Shown here one piece after another: positions 26,981 to 40,748 of a stretch of 64,000 bases of DNA (its first letter is position 1; each line of letters opens with the position of its first letter). A model generated the notes under the pieces. That model worked only from the letters and a program-made list of their open reading frames with translations, did not search any database and was not told the DNA's origin. Origin of the DNA: Cystobasidiomycetes sp. EMM_F5 (lineage: Eukaryota); NCBI GenBank assembly GCA_051047955.1, contig JBPGPT010000003.1:496001-560000 (forward strand), read 5' to 3'. The position numbers and the translations under genes are program-made.

Positions 26981-27975
26981 CTAGCTGCGGACGTCGTTAT
27001 GCGAAAGCCGTTCCGAGTGACCCTCGTGATGGTTATCAACATGCTTATTGTGCTGCTTCTCATGCAGCCCGCTGTGACCGTTTGTCGCTGAAATGTGACG
27101 ATCGCCATGATGATGACTTTCGTAATGACCGACTAGCGTATCCTCTGGGCCGTATTTGCGAATATGACGGGCTGCCATCGCTGCCAAGACGAAGCTGATC
27201 AAGGTGGTACCGAAACAGATCCAAACGACAATCACTGGTGGAATTATCACAGCAGGCTCAGCAAATTCGGATTAGATACCATTGAAAGCTGAAGAAGCTT
27301 ACTGGTTGGATATGCTAGCGAGTCACGATAGGCTAGGGATTTACCGCTAGCCTGGATGAGGCGTACAAGCAGGGGCTCCGAGAGTCCTGGTGCTGACACG
27401 CCTGCACTTCGCGGTACGATTATAGCTGCAGCACTGCAGAGATTGATGACATCGTTATTATAGCATGATAGATTCAATGCGTAACCACTGACGCGATCGC
27501 GGATCCGAGTATGAATAACGCCATAAAGCCCATCAGAATTTCCTTGATTAATATGGTCTTGCTGGTTTCGCGTCGCTGAATCTTAAGCGTTATGATGGTT
27601 GACAAAGCTGCCTATGATGCCAAAGGCATGCAGTCAGCTCTCCCGATTCTGAGGATTTCAATCTGTCTATCTCACAGTATATAGACTGGCAAGACCTGTG
27701 GCAGTGGTCATGATAGCCGTTACGGCAATTACATCGGTCACTGCCAGTTTGGCGCCAGGTATAGATGCGGCCTGTTCGAAAGAGGCCCTTGCAAATCAGC
27801 TTCCACTTCAGTCCCTAACGGGCAAAGGGAAGAGACTTACGAGCGTTGCTTTATCGCTGTTGAGATTTACAAGGGAGCGTGCTGCCAGACCTGTCGCGGT
27901 GATTGCGAGAGCGCCATTTAGGTTGAAAGCTATCAGTCGCGGCCATTTCAGGTAGGCATGTGGATCGGATGACAT
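26981..27975 (-). CDS. Small four-TM (MARVEL-like) membrane protein with His-rich tail; 5 exons, mostly missed by the ORF track
   Basis: ATG 27975 gives MSSDPHAYLKWPRLIAFNLNGALAITATGLAA (donor GTAAGT at 27840). Later exons encode VIAVTAIMTTATGLASLY, EILMGFMALFILGSAIA and IVVWICFGTTLISFVLAAM. Confidence 0.7.
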
Positions 27976-29415
27976 CGTTAAGGAGTTGTCAACAGGTTAG
28001 GATGCAAGAATGTGAAGCAGGATTCGGCCAGCAGAGCAGGGAGGTTGGAAAGAAGACAGAAGAGCAGCATGAAGTATGCTTTTGCATGGTTCGATGAGCG
28101 AATTGTATAGAACAGCTAGCGATGTACCTCCCAAGCCTCCCCCAAAGTCCACATGATGACGGCAGCATTTTAGTGCCCATATTGGGGAGTCTCCGGTGAC
28201 TCTAAATGGCTCCACAGCCGGGGCACCAAGATCCGGCAGTTGATGGAATGTTACGCGATGTATGGCGCGTCATTGAAGGAGCATTAGAAAGGCGAAGTGC
28301 ATGTTCTTCAGCGTTAGCTGTAGAAACCGGTAGCCGGTTGTGCTCTTTACGCAGGCGGACTAACAAAGTCTCCGTACCTGGCTGTCCGTGAAGGGCCATG
28401 ATGCGCCTACTGGACGTTGCGTTGCTTCAGTACTTTCGCTCGACACTGCGGTATCATCGTTGCCACTTGCCTCTCCCTCTGAACATGCAACACCAAGCAT
28501 TCGAAGGGGACGCTGTCAACGAACGATCTTTGGAAATGATCTTTGGACATGATGTTTGGATTAGCATCTCGATACGACATTTCAAGCTCGTCTCCAGCTG
28601 CGAACACGCCTTGGGCTCCCTCCCGGTTCAGGTTCGCCATGACTATGCTCCTATGGAGGCTCAAATTGCACTTTCGATGTCTGATGGCGAGAGAAGCCGT
28701 ATCAGTATGATTCGCAAAGGGTCGTCAGGCAAATCAGAGTGCAATCGATGGCCACTCCAAATCGATTGGGCTGGGCTGTCTGCACCGCTTGCAATTGGCT
28801 GCATCGATTTACGGGAGGACCCACGAGCTCCCTCAGTAAGGTGAGCTCAGCGTCGAAACCCGGCCTCCGCCCGCATCGGAGGGCTGCCGCAGCTGTGGGA
28901 TGGTCCAGCCCACTCCCGTGGGAATCATGTCAGCGCTGTCATGCAATCCGACGTTGCTGACATAGACCCACTCACGATATATCTTGAGGATTCCATTGAA
29001 GAACCGCTCCGAGGCGGTCCATGTGAATCGTCCCCGCATGCTCAACAAGCTCTCATTGATTCGACCGCGTTCATGCCTCAAAAGTCTGTCCAAGTTCCCA
29101 CGACGTCCCTACGCAACCCGAACGGACGTGGAAATTTACTCTAACGGCTGACTCTACACCTCCGGAGCAGCGGCAAATCTTCTCAACGTGTCGTCGCACG
29201 TCGCGACCAGCAATGTCTCACCTTGTCCAGCACGGCGCGCCTGATCAGACTTGACAAGTTTACGGAAATGCGGACTTTTTAAGCTGAAGACCACTGAGGC
29301 TCCTTTCCTGTCTTTGACCTAGCCCACTGTTTACTGTTTTCCTCCACTGTCTGACAATCTTGTCCACCTGTCTCATCATATCTACACCTGTCGTGAACTG
29401 AGTTGATGACAAGCC

Positions 29416-31560
29416 ATGTCGGGCACTTCAATCAACCCATACGAACAAGCACTCTTTGTGCTCGATAATCGTAAGTCGGGTTGCATGGTCGCACTGACAC
29501 ATAGTCAGTGCTTATATGTGACCCCCCACAGCGGCTCCTCTGCCGCCATCTGGCTTCAAGTATCGTCTAATCATTCAGCTGGTTTTGTGCGCAACGTACG
29601 TGCCAGTCCATCATGACTCTGTACATGTGCCACAACTGACCTCTTCCCTCGAATGTCTCAGCCTGTTCATCACTTGTTCAAGCTATCTAGGACTGTCTAT
29701 CCATAATCGAGTACAAACCGGCAAGCGGATACGCTTGATTGGCTTACAAACACTCAGCGAAGGAAGCATCATCGTCCTTGATGCTCTCATGCTCTTCTCT
29801 ATTGCCGCGTGCATGGCCTGCATACTCATTATCGTCGATCTGGTTTACAAGTATCGCATTTATGTTCTCGATGCCGATGCGCCTTGGCAACTACAAATCA
29901 ACAGCTTGCTCTTGATGTATGTGTTGTTTCATGTTCTGCGATGGAGACGCTCTGACTTCGTATGCGCATCCAATACAGCTTTGTTGCATTCCTGCAAGGA
30001 TGGGCATACACCTTCAGCAATGCAGCAGCTACCATACAGATATTCAAGAAAGGCAGAGGCTTAGCAGCTGCCGGGAGAGTCTGGGTAACGTTACACAACG
30101 GATTCCTTCTCGGCCTTATTTCAGTCTACTTCTGCGTAGCTGTTGTAAGTTGGTCATCTACCTGCGCGTGATACACAGACCCCGAATACTGAACCTAGGT
30201 CACCGGTCAGCCGGCAGTCTCGCTCTTGATGGATCTGGCGCATCAGTCCGCAGATCTCAGACTGGAATTATATTCCGCTCTTCGCCGAGCGTCTGCCGAG
30301 TTTACCGCTTCACCAACGCATACACCCTCCCTTCAAACGCTCGTTGAGGCACAGAATGTGCAGACCAAACTCGTCGATCTCCGCGACAAGTCGAGGACGT
30401 ATCAGAAGGTTTGGTTGTCCATCAATGTGTTCAGTGTCAGCATCTTTGTCATCGCTGGCGTTGCCAGCTTGGCCTTTGTTGTTGTTTTACGGAAGCGTGA
30501 GTACACAGCATGTATCGAGGTAAGGTTTTTGGCTAACGATCATCATTGACAAATACAATACAGAGACGCAGTGGTATCGCAACAACACGGTTCAAGGCTC
30601 GATTCTCGTCTCTGTTCGCAAGCAAACGACCATGGACGATGGACGCGGAGAAGTCAGCAAAGCCGCCTCGCAAGACGCTGACGTAACAGAGGAAGGAGGA
30701 CCGACAAACGATCCCTACCCGACGGCCGCACCCAAGCACCTGAACCCATATCCGTCAAAGACTACTAAGAAAGTAGGCTTTGGGGCAAATAGTCCCTCGA
30801 GCGGCGTCGTTCAGGCCTCCACAAAGAGCGGGGCACGACCTGCCATGTCGCAGGAAAGCCGCGGTGCTGTTGCTGTAACACGACTAGCGGATGACTTGAC
30901 GCTGTCAGTTCCGTGTGTATTATTCATGTGTCTCTTCTTCTTGGTGAGTAAAACTCGCCTTTTTGATAGCGGAGAGTACGTGCGGCTGCTGACGCATTGA
31001 GTGCACATAGGGTGTCGGGACCTTTGGCTTTGTCCACACCGCCTCTTCGTCGGATACGTGGGCAGTTAAGGAGTTTGGACTTACCGCCTTCCCTTGGGTC
31101 TATCTGATGTGAGTGTTTCCGTCTACGACGTTTCGCGGACTCGAAGTGAACCTGACTTGGCGGTATTTCTGTCTTCAGCATTATGAATGTCATCTTTGCA
31201 TTCTTCTTGGTCAACCTGATTCGTAATCCTGGTCGATACGGATCGACGTCTTCTCCGCTCTCTTCCGCCTCACCGTCCATGCTCGGCTCACGCTTTACAA
31301 ACATTTCTCACGCCCACAGTCGCGGTCACGGAAGAAGCGATAGTGGCATTGTCACGCCTGCTTTTGTATACGGCAGAGGAGGCAGCACCGCACCCGGCAC
31401 CGGTCTGGACGGCACAAACAAGAATGCGAGCAACGTAAACTTTAGCAACGGATTGCACGTTGAGATACTCGATTTTGGAGGTGGCAATGGTGCATCCTCA
31501 CTGAGCGACGACAGCGTAGACAAGGACAGCTTTGCGATGGCTACTTTTGACGGCAAGTAG
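29416..31560 (+). CDS. Orphan multi-pass (about 7-TM) membrane protein, paralogue A
   Basis: About 8 exons with successive hydrophobic segments; shares motifs with 34578-36531. Confidence 0.75.
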
Positions 31561-32334
31561 CTTGAGAGAGGGAAGAGTACAAGTTGGAGTAGTCAAAAAG
31601 GCCATAGCGGGGCCAGATATATACGTTACGAGGGCGCTAGATTCGACACGGCGGAGTATTTATTCTATTGATCTATCAACTATCAATATTAGCGGTGTTA
31701 TTGTTGTAGGCGAGTGTTTGCAGGGTTGTTGTAGTGGGTGCTCTGAACGCGTTCAGGAATTGTATCACGTGATCGCTGCTGCCGACTGTACCTGACCAAA
31801 CAAGCTAGCTTCAGAGCCGTTTCCCATTTAACAAGTGCAAGGGAGAGGCTAGCGACAACGTTTGTACGCGCAGAAGCCTGCATTGAAGCTGCTCACATCA
31901 GTGCACCCTCGCATCTCTGAGTGCAACCATTCCTGGCCTCAATTTCTCCGCCACTGAAAAGCCCGCAGCGCGTCCAACCCGTTTTTTGCGTGCCTTTGGA
32001 AGAGCTTGGAAAAGCTCACACGCCCTCCTGACCGTTGCAATACAAATTCCGCCCAACGACCTTCGAATAGCCTAGGGATCTCTTCTCAACGTCTACGTGG
32101 ATCCGAGCAAGAGTGCTGTGCGCTCTCGAGAATTCACACGCCGAGTCCCCTTACGCCTCTCCCTCTGGATCCCTCGGACTGGAAATTGTCAACTCCGTTT
32201 CTGTGAAACGACACCACTCACACGCCCATCCACACAGTCACATCCACGACACACACCTGCTTTGCAAGCAATCTTATACTCCCCCGTCTCCATTCAAAAC
32301 CATTCTACCCTTTTCCTTGACATCATCAATCAAC

Positions 32335-33755
32335 ATGCGGTTCACCCCATCCTCGTCCAATGCTCCTGCCGCTGGTCGGTCATCTACTCGCTCTGTCCTC
32401 GCAATGACTGCCGCATTGGCTCTGTCTGCTTTGTCCGTCACCGCCAACACAATCACATGTGATACATCCCTCGGTGAAGCGTATGTTTGGACAATCTAGA
32501 TGCATGGGAGATTTCCGGATCCTGCTGACTGAATGCTCCACCATCTTCCGCTAATATACAGCTACCCATACTGCGTCAGTGTCCCCGATGGCGCAGGCTC
32601 GACAAAACTACCCACTGTCCTATTCCTGTCTGGTCGTGGCGCTAGAGGACCCCCGTCAAACGTAAAGTCACTAGCGGGCTACGATGGATTTGGCAAGCTC
32701 GTCTCTGAATACGCCTATGGCAAGAAGGATGATGTACATACTCTGGCCGCTACAAAGTGAGTTCCGTGTCATGCTTTTGTCCATTCCTGCAAGCGCAATC
32801 CTGTGGACACGGACCCCTTGTTTGGGCAATTGCGTCCTATTCCTGGCAAGTGCACTGATAATTGACACTCTCATTTCTGTGCTCTAGATTCATTGTTATC
32901 ATCCCAATCGCTCCGGAATCCTTCTCCTCGGGTCTGGACCCGCAATGGTGGTATCCTGAGCTGGTCGACAAGGTCGTCAACGCCGTAGCCGCAAAGTATC
33001 CCGTTGATTTTAATCAGTTCCACTGCTCTGGTTACTCGATGGGCGGAATGGGCACATGGCGGTATGCAGTTCACAATCCTGGGCGATGCATCACCCTCAA
33101 CCCAAACGGAGCATTTGCCGAGCAAAACGTCATTAAGAATTCGCTCGGACAGTCCGTGACTGCTCCTTCTGACCAGTTGAATCTCTTGGCGAGCATCAAT
33201 AAGCCAGTTCGTGCATTCTCGGGCTCCCAAGATACCACGATCCCCGCTTCTTGGGCTCAAGGCACCCAGTCCAAGATGTCAAGCCTCGGAGACTCATCCT
33301 CTACTCTGACCATCCTCAACACGGATCACTCTGGTCTCACGTCTCAACCTTTCACTACCGATCTGCTCAATTGGATGCTTAGCCACAGCGGATCGGGTTC
33401 GGCTGCGTCTTCTCCTTCGTCATCAGGCACTTCTGCCGTAACTGCTCCTTCATCCTCCGCCTCCTCTTCTTCTGGTAGCACATCATCATCCGGCTCGTCC
33501 TCCTCGTCCTCTACTGGCACAAAGAAGACTTGCAAGCGCCGTCGTCGTCGCAGTACCGAGTCGCCCATCGTCGAGCGTGACATTACTGCCTCGGACGTAT
33601 TGCGCAACATCCTGTCGAAGCGAGCTGAGCCAGTTCAAGAGAATTTGATGGGGCGCAGGAATTTGGGACCACGAGCCGCTGCGCAGGTGAACGCGAGAAG
33701 GCATGCGAATGAGCGGAGGACTTCGGGATATAACCGTCATGAGAAGCCATGGTGA
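32335..33755 (+). CDS. Secreted alpha/beta hydrolase (carboxylesterase/predicted peptidase type) with Ser-rich linker and basic tail
   Basis: Signal-like VLAMTAALALSALSVTA; PTVLFLSGRG; nucleophile GYSMGG; GSQD and TDH as candidate Asp and His. Confidence 0.85.
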
Positions 33756-34577
33756 GGGCGTGTACGCAGAGTAAAGAGCAAGATAGGAGAAAAGAAGAGT
33801 TTTCGAGGGGACTGGTTTCTCCGCGTGTAGTTGAGTTGTTGTGGCAACGAGGAAAAAACAGGGCTACCTCCTCGCGTATGTTGTAATGCTTCTAATTTTC
33901 AATTTCGTCTTCAAGTGCGCGTGGAAGCGCATAATTGAATAAATGGTTAAATGGTTACAGGATTGAATCTTCGCCTTCCACAAAGTCGCCGGAGTATACC
34001 CGTCTCTCCCCGCAACAAAACGATGGATGCATCAACTACTGCTCTCGGACCTCTTCTATCGCTCATGATACGCATGCGGAGCGTGCCGATGATAGTATCC
34101 TGGAATGCTGCGAACTTGATTCGACGCACCATCTCAGCGGACCAACACACACTGCTTTCACCTTACTCAACTGTTAACAGAAGGCTTACGAAACTGACAG
34201 ACACAGACGGAAGCGGAAGAGACGATCTCACACTTCGCCCGACATCACCTAAATTTGACCGGGGCCGAATGCTGAGGAAGTCCCCACTTTGTATCATCAG
34301 CTGACACACACTTTCCCGCTCCACACGCCTACAATCGAATCGCGTTTGCGCAATGTAGAGCGGGTATTCTGGAGTCGTTGTCAGATCGACTCCGCGTCGC
34401 AGAGCAGACGCGAATCGTGTAAATCACCTGAAACGCCGAGCCTCATTTACCAAATTGCAGAAAGGCGCATCCGTCTACATATATCGGACTGACTGTGGGA
34501 ATTGACAGATCCTACGCTGCATCTGTGAGTGGTCGCCAGCCTCTTACCGGCACCCTCAATTTTGCAATCTGCAAGTC

Positions 34578-36531
34578 ATGGCGGAACCGTCCAACGATTT
34601 TCTCCGCGGGTATATGGATGAGATTTGTGAGCTGGCCAGGAAATGCAACTGCAGTTCCGTTCCATTGCTCAATGAAGACACATTCTGCCTCTTCTGCATC
34701 AAAACAGCAAGCTGGTTATATCCCACGCCTAGCCGTGGCTTCGAAAGTCGTCTGATTACCCAACAGGTCTTGTGCGGGCTGTACGGGACGCTCATACCTT
34801 CTCTCGCAGGAAAGGTGCTAACCGACAGATGTATCATACCAGCGAATTCTGCTTGTGTTGCGCGTATCTGGTACAGAACATTCGACAGTCAATCAAGAAC
34901 GGCAAAGGAGTGTGGCTGTTCCGGTTGCAGCCCCTAGCAGAAGGACGAATCATTATCGTGAATGCTCTGCTCCTCTACGCCACCTTTCAGGCTATTTCAA
35001 GTTGAGCTGAGGGACGAGACTCAGCGGAAAAATCCAGACTGAGCTCCTTCTCATCCAGCGGTCTTCATGAGTGTCTACAAAGGCTTTGAGTATTGCACGT
35101 ACATGGCTCGATCCTGTCCTCCTAGGTATTCCATCATGCTACAGTCCATGTGTTGGTATGTGAAGGGCAATTCAGTATCTCGTGGTACAAGCATGCTGAT
35201 CTGGTCGTTTGGCCTTCAGGATGTCTGCTATACTGTCAGCCTGGTGCTACATTTTCTCGAGTATCGGGGCTGCTACGCAGACCCGCGCCAATGGAAAACG
35301 GCTGTTACCCGTTGGCCGACAAGGAATACTCACGTACAACATTCTGCTTGTGTTGCCCATTAGCGTATACAGCCTCGTGCATCTCGTTGCGTTGATCGCC
35401 GCCAGCTATAAAAGGAATTGTATCTGATTTCGATGCCTTAGCAGATCTTGGCAGTATCCGTCAATAGTCATCAAGACGAGGTTGTTGAGCGAGCGTTGAC
35501 CTTATACGGTCTGCTTGACCTCCTGTCGAGACAGTCTGCATCGTCTATCACCGGTGCTGTACTCCTGGATCTGATGCAACAACACGAGCGGGTACTAGCA
35601 TCAAGAGGTGCATTCTTCACTTTCGCCCGTGCCATTATTGCCTTCAACGTCCTCATCTCCATTATCTTTGCGATCGGGGCTACTATCAGCATGTCATTTG
35701 TTCTACGGATGCGAAAGGGTAATATTCATCCATTCGCATCTCTTGTGTGCAAGAAGCTGAGGTGGTTCATGGGTCAGAATGTTTTCGACTGGAGGAGGAC
35801 TCCCGCCTGAACCGCTTGTCCTCAGATTTCGATAGCTGCTGGCTCTATAAACCGAACACTAGTGTCAATCCTCGCGTAGAAGAGCAGTGGGTTGTCGACC
35901 CTACACCGCCTCCCGTAAGACCCCCGATACACGCCAGGGAACCGCAGCAAGTGGCCATCAAGCGTCTCGTTCACGATCTTAGCTTGAGTGTTCCCGCGAT
36001 CGGCGTCCTCTCGGTGTACTTTGCTGTAAGTGCGGAGCGATGAGTTGCTAGTGACGACATCTAATGGTAGACTCGCAGATCATCGGTATACATGCTATTC
36101 GGGTGATGGACGATTCCGGAACATGGTCAGTACAAGAGTTCATTCTCGACTCGTTTGCTTGGGCGCATTTGACCCTTGGCAGCGGAGTCATCATCTTCTT
36201 TCTTGTCAATCTCGTTCTTCACCCAGATCGCTACGGGGATCAGCGAAAGAGGTGCTCGGATCCTCCAGAAACAAATCTGTGCAGCAACGACTTTACGCAG
36301 CATCCAATGCAGCACCTGTCAGGCCTCGAATATCAACTCCATCAGCTACATGGATCGGTCAACCAGCGTGAAAGTCCTCTTCAGCCATGTACAGACTGGA
36401 CCGTGACGAGATCAAGAGAATCTTCATGTTTAGAGGCGCCTGTTACAATTGCGCCCTTCATTCGACTGCAACACTCAACGCACCCGGCCGAGGTAAGATT
36501 CGGTCGTCTGACAGCAGTGCAAGCCATGTAG
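34578..36531 (+). CDS. Orphan multi-pass (about 7-TM) membrane protein, paralogue B
   Basis: Multi-exon with hydrophobic segments; PSRGFESRLITQQVLC, HDLSLSVP and FFLVNLVLHPDRYG mirror paralogue A. Confidence 0.72.
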
Positions 36532-36659
36532 ACGACGCGCTGCCTGATAGTGGCGAGCGTCTTCTACGCCAGACATCCAAATGGCGGATGCGCAACGAGA
36601 CTGTGATGTAGCTAAGCCTTACAAGAATGATGCTCGTTGAGCCTGTGTTCGCCTCGCAT

Positions 36660-39027
36660 TTATTGTTGCCAGTCTGTCCAGCCAGCTGTTCTGCCGCGCG
36701 TCGATTCTTCGAATAGCTCTAGGGTGACGGTAGACAAGAATCCAGGTATACAGCCTCTTTCCGCAACCCAGAACTGCAGGCCCGTCTGAACCCGCTGCGA
36801 TGTGACGAATGCCTCGTGGCCGCCGACTAATTGGTACTTGCTCCCATTCGTCGCTGCCTCCTCCGGTGTAGACGGCCCAAAGATGAGTGTATAGTCTGAC
36901 CCACCGAACACAGATGTAAGCTTTATGCGACCATTCTCGATCGGTTCAAGCTTGTATCCAAGCAGTCGTCGACAAGCTTCTCGAAATTCTTGGGCAGTGC
37001 GAGAAAATATTTCCTTGAGACGGATGCGCGACTTGCGTTCTTGTTCGAGGACTTCTTCTGCCTTCTGCAGCTCTGCTTGAAGATTGACAAATGTCTGCGT
37101 CGGAACGGAGTCGCCAGGTACAGCCTGCTTGTCTGTGGAAGCAGGCTGCTGAGCTGGATCCCTGACCGACTTCCGATCCAATTCTGCCACTCTTTCCAGC
37201 AGGATGCGGTTCTCTTCCTTAAGACGATCGAGGGTTTCCGTGCGCACGGCGAGATCCTTTGCAGCGGGATTGTTTGACAGCGAATAGACCTTGGTCGTAC
37301 TGATGTTATACTCCCCTCTGCCTAATGCTGAATTCAGAGTATCTATCTGTGCGTCCAAGGAATCAATTTCTAGCTGCAAATTCGACAGCTCCGCTTGCGT
37401 GGTCCGCAGAGCTACGCAATCAATCGTCATCAGCCAGATTTCATTTCAGAATACAATACTTACTCTCTTGCAACTCCTCGTTGACTTGCAATTGCTTCGA
37501 CAAGCTAGCAGCTACAGCTTTAGAAGGAGTGGTGGCTGCCCGAAGCAAGTTATGCTTTTCATCTGTGGGCGTGGCAGGAAGCGAAGCATCAATGACCGCC
37601 GTCTCGTCGCCTCTCGCCTCTAGTATGCCCCTGAGACGGTCTGCTTCTTTGAGAGCACGAAGTCCTTCCTGCTTGTGAGCAATCAAAAGCTCTTCCAAAT
37701 GCTGAATTCTCAAGCTCTTCTGAAAATCGTATGCTTGAGGTGGTACTGCATCTCCCGTCGACGCCATAGCTGCCTCCTCCGTTGCATACGTCGCAATCTG
37801 TTCTCGAAGCATCTCCAGTTCTTTCCGGTCAAGCGCACTAGAGCGTTCCGTTGCCCTCCGTGCATCATTTTGTCGTTCCAATTGCTTACGTAAGTCCTCA
37901 ATTTGTTGTTCGCCATGACTGAGACGGTCTTCGAGTTCTGCTATTGAGGTGTCTCGAGCATGAATGGATGCCTGTAGTGCGCCCTGCTGTTCTCGAAGTG
38001 ACAGGACGTCAATCTTGCTGCTAGCTAGCTCCTTGGCCATCTGAGCGGGGGAAGTGTAGGTCTTCGCCGATGGCGAATCATTCGAGGAAGTGCCTCCTTC
38101 TGCCGATTTTGGTCCCGCCAAATAGGACGCCCACGCGTCTTTCTCCCTTTGCAACGCATGTACGATACCTTCCGCTTTCGCCAATTGCACTCTCATGTCA
38201 TTCATTTGCTGCAATTTAACCTCCAGGGTGTGCTTTTCCTCCTTTAAGAGCTCGACACTTTGCCTTTCGTTTCTGAGAGCCGTGATTTCTCGATTGAGGC
38301 GGGCATTGCTATGTTCCAGCGTTTTAAGATGCGTAACTTGGTGATGCAGCTCTTTCCGAAGGACATCCGTAACGGATCGGTCTTGAGTAGCCAGAGCTCT
38401 CTCGCCTCCGGCGAGGACAGCCAGCTGTTTCTTCAGTTCGGCAATTTCTTCTTGGGCAGCATAGAGTTGTGATTTGTCGTCGTTGACTTGCTTGACGGCG
38501 TTCTCCAATTCCACCAGTTCATCCTGCAGGACTTGCATCTGCGCATCAATATTCGCCTTTCCATGCTCGGCAACATCTCTTGCATGTCGGGCTTTGCTTT
38601 CACTGTCCACCAGCAAGCTCACTTCCTCCTCTAGAGTGGAACATCTGGATCTGAATTCTCCCAAACTTGCAATTAGCTCCTTCCGCTCTTCGTCCTGTCG
38701 AGCTTGTACACTGTTGTCTTTCTCGAGCGCTCTTTCCTGCCTGTCGAGCAGTATTGACCGCTCTTTCTCAAGGTACTTGACACGTTCCTGCAGTGCACCT
38801 AGCTCTCGAAGAACCTGATTATTCTCGCGTTGAGCAGAGGTGAGTTGTCGCTGCAGAGCAGTCACAGAACCAGTCGCTTCCAAATCGGCTCGAAGCGCTG
38901 CAAGCGACTCTGATGGAGTTTGTGGGACCAGAGACGCTGCGGAAAGACTGGAGTGTGGTCGCTTTACTGTTGATGGCGTCTGCAGACCAGCTTGTCCGGA
39001 GCTGCGTTTCAGTGTCCGCATACCCAT
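36660..39027 (-). CDS. MAD1: Spindle checkpoint protein Mad1
   Basis: Long coiled coil with VELLKEEK, KVYSLSNNPA, RLKEIFSRTAQEFREACRRLLGYKL and CIPGFLSTVTLELFE; one intron near 37.4 kb. Confidence 0.94.
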
Positions 39028-39536
39028 AGTGGAGCTAGAGGATGGATAATTCAGTGCCGGCGCACTGCCACTGCCAGGTGCGGAGTCTGATCGTAGTGAT
39101 GTACGTTACTATCAGTGAACGCAATGTGGGTCGCGGCGAGCATCGTTACACTGACCGGTGCTCCGCGATAGTGCGCCAAGACCAGTTGACATTCGCCGAG
39201 GTATCAGCGAAGGTGTAGCATATCCTAGTGAAGTAGAAGGTCGAGGCGCCGCCATGCGTGGGCGTTTTACAGATTGCCGGCTCAAGCCCGTTGCGGCAGG
39301 ATTCGAAGATGACGGCTATTAGTCAGATAGACAAACGCAAAGCAAAGATGCGGGAAAGGCAACAACTTTATCTAAAGTATCATGAGTATCTTCTATTGTC
39401 CGTTGCTGTGCTGCGTCCTCGAAGTTTCCCTACCACTACCTGCTAAATGACAACGATCTTGAAACCTGAGAGACCTATGCTAATAATGTGAGAAATGCTA
39501 CATGAAAAGTGGAGATTTTTGTGACAGGTTCGTAAT

Positions 39537-40244
39537 CTAACTGAATCCTGCACCGATGAATTGGAAGGTTTGTGTTGCGGGGGAGTCGCTGGCAGCGGAC
39601 TCTAGACCGTAGTGGGAACCCTGGTCTCCGACGAGGTAGTTCGAAGGCTGAGCAATGATGGTGCAATTGCCGGCGACGAGATCTCCCAGGTTGGGCAGTG
39701 TTCCAGGTTCGCGGCAAAAAGAGCACCGCAGGTTCCAGTTCGTGTTGCTGAGTGAGGTTATACGTAAGCTTACGATCATGACTGGCTCGTTGACGCGCCT
39801 ACTTTTGTACATCTGCAATGACGAGCGTTCCGTAAATGGGATCACTACCGAGAATCAAGCCATTGTCGGGGACAGGATACAAGCTGCATACAAGTCGAGT
39901 CAGATTGATCTGTGCCCATTGAGAAACACCACGCACCGAACGAGATACGCTCCGGGATACATTCCGTTTTGCTGCCACAGCCACATTGCCGCCAGAGTAT
40001 TGTTGGGGACGACCGTATTGCCAACGTAGTGACCGTCGGGAACGGACATGAAATTGCCTGTCCCGAGGTTCTGTACAGCGACCGGTTGCCCTTGGAAGTT
40101 TGGCATGCACGTTGTTGAAGCGGTTGAAGCTGTGCCACTTGAGGAGGCGTCCTGTCTCTTCAGCGCTGCACTGCGAACTGGTCCTGTCAGTAATACTAGA
40201 GCCGCAAGCAGCGATACTAAGCGTGAAGGCGCGGAGAATGCCAT
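39537..40244 (-). CDS. Small secreted Cys-containing protein, ricin-B/CBM13-like
   Basis: Signal peptide MAFSAPSRLVSLLAALVLL, Kex2-like KR, CMPNFQG, CSFC, terminal QTFQF; two introns. Confidence 0.65.
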
Positions 40245-40748
40245 CTTTCTCGCTATACTCAATAGGGCTGGCAGATATTCGGGACTTTCGGAGTGGCTGG
40301 TCCTCTGATGGCACAGGCACCGAGCGCGAGCGGGTTGTTTATGCAAGTTTGGACTCGGACTTGACGGCTGAGTTGGGATGCTTGTGTGATGGAGAGAAAG
40401 CGAGAGCAGGCCAGTCGTGCGCACATGCCTTTTTATACTGCTTTTGCGCGTACCCCTGGAAAGAAAGATGTTCAAACCGTCAATCGAGCAAGATCACGGT
40501 TGATCGTTAATGAGCAGCTCCTTGTCAGCGATGGATGGCAAGGACGAAAGAAGCCCGTGTGACGAGGACGTGGTGTACAGCAGTCGATTCCCGGCTCATA
40601 TCAATTGTCAGACTTCAGTTGGTCAAGCAAAGACCCAAGTATGTAATCGAATCGTGCCTGACAGCGGTAGGGCCCCGCATGAGGCGCAAAAACGTAGACG
40701 GCCCACAAACGTAACTCCTGCTACGTAGACTGTATTCTGACATTCCCT

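Noticed and set aside
27976..29415. Short ORFs in a 1.4-kb gap
   Set aside because: Best explained as a divergent promoter region; no coherent gene model or RNA motif found.
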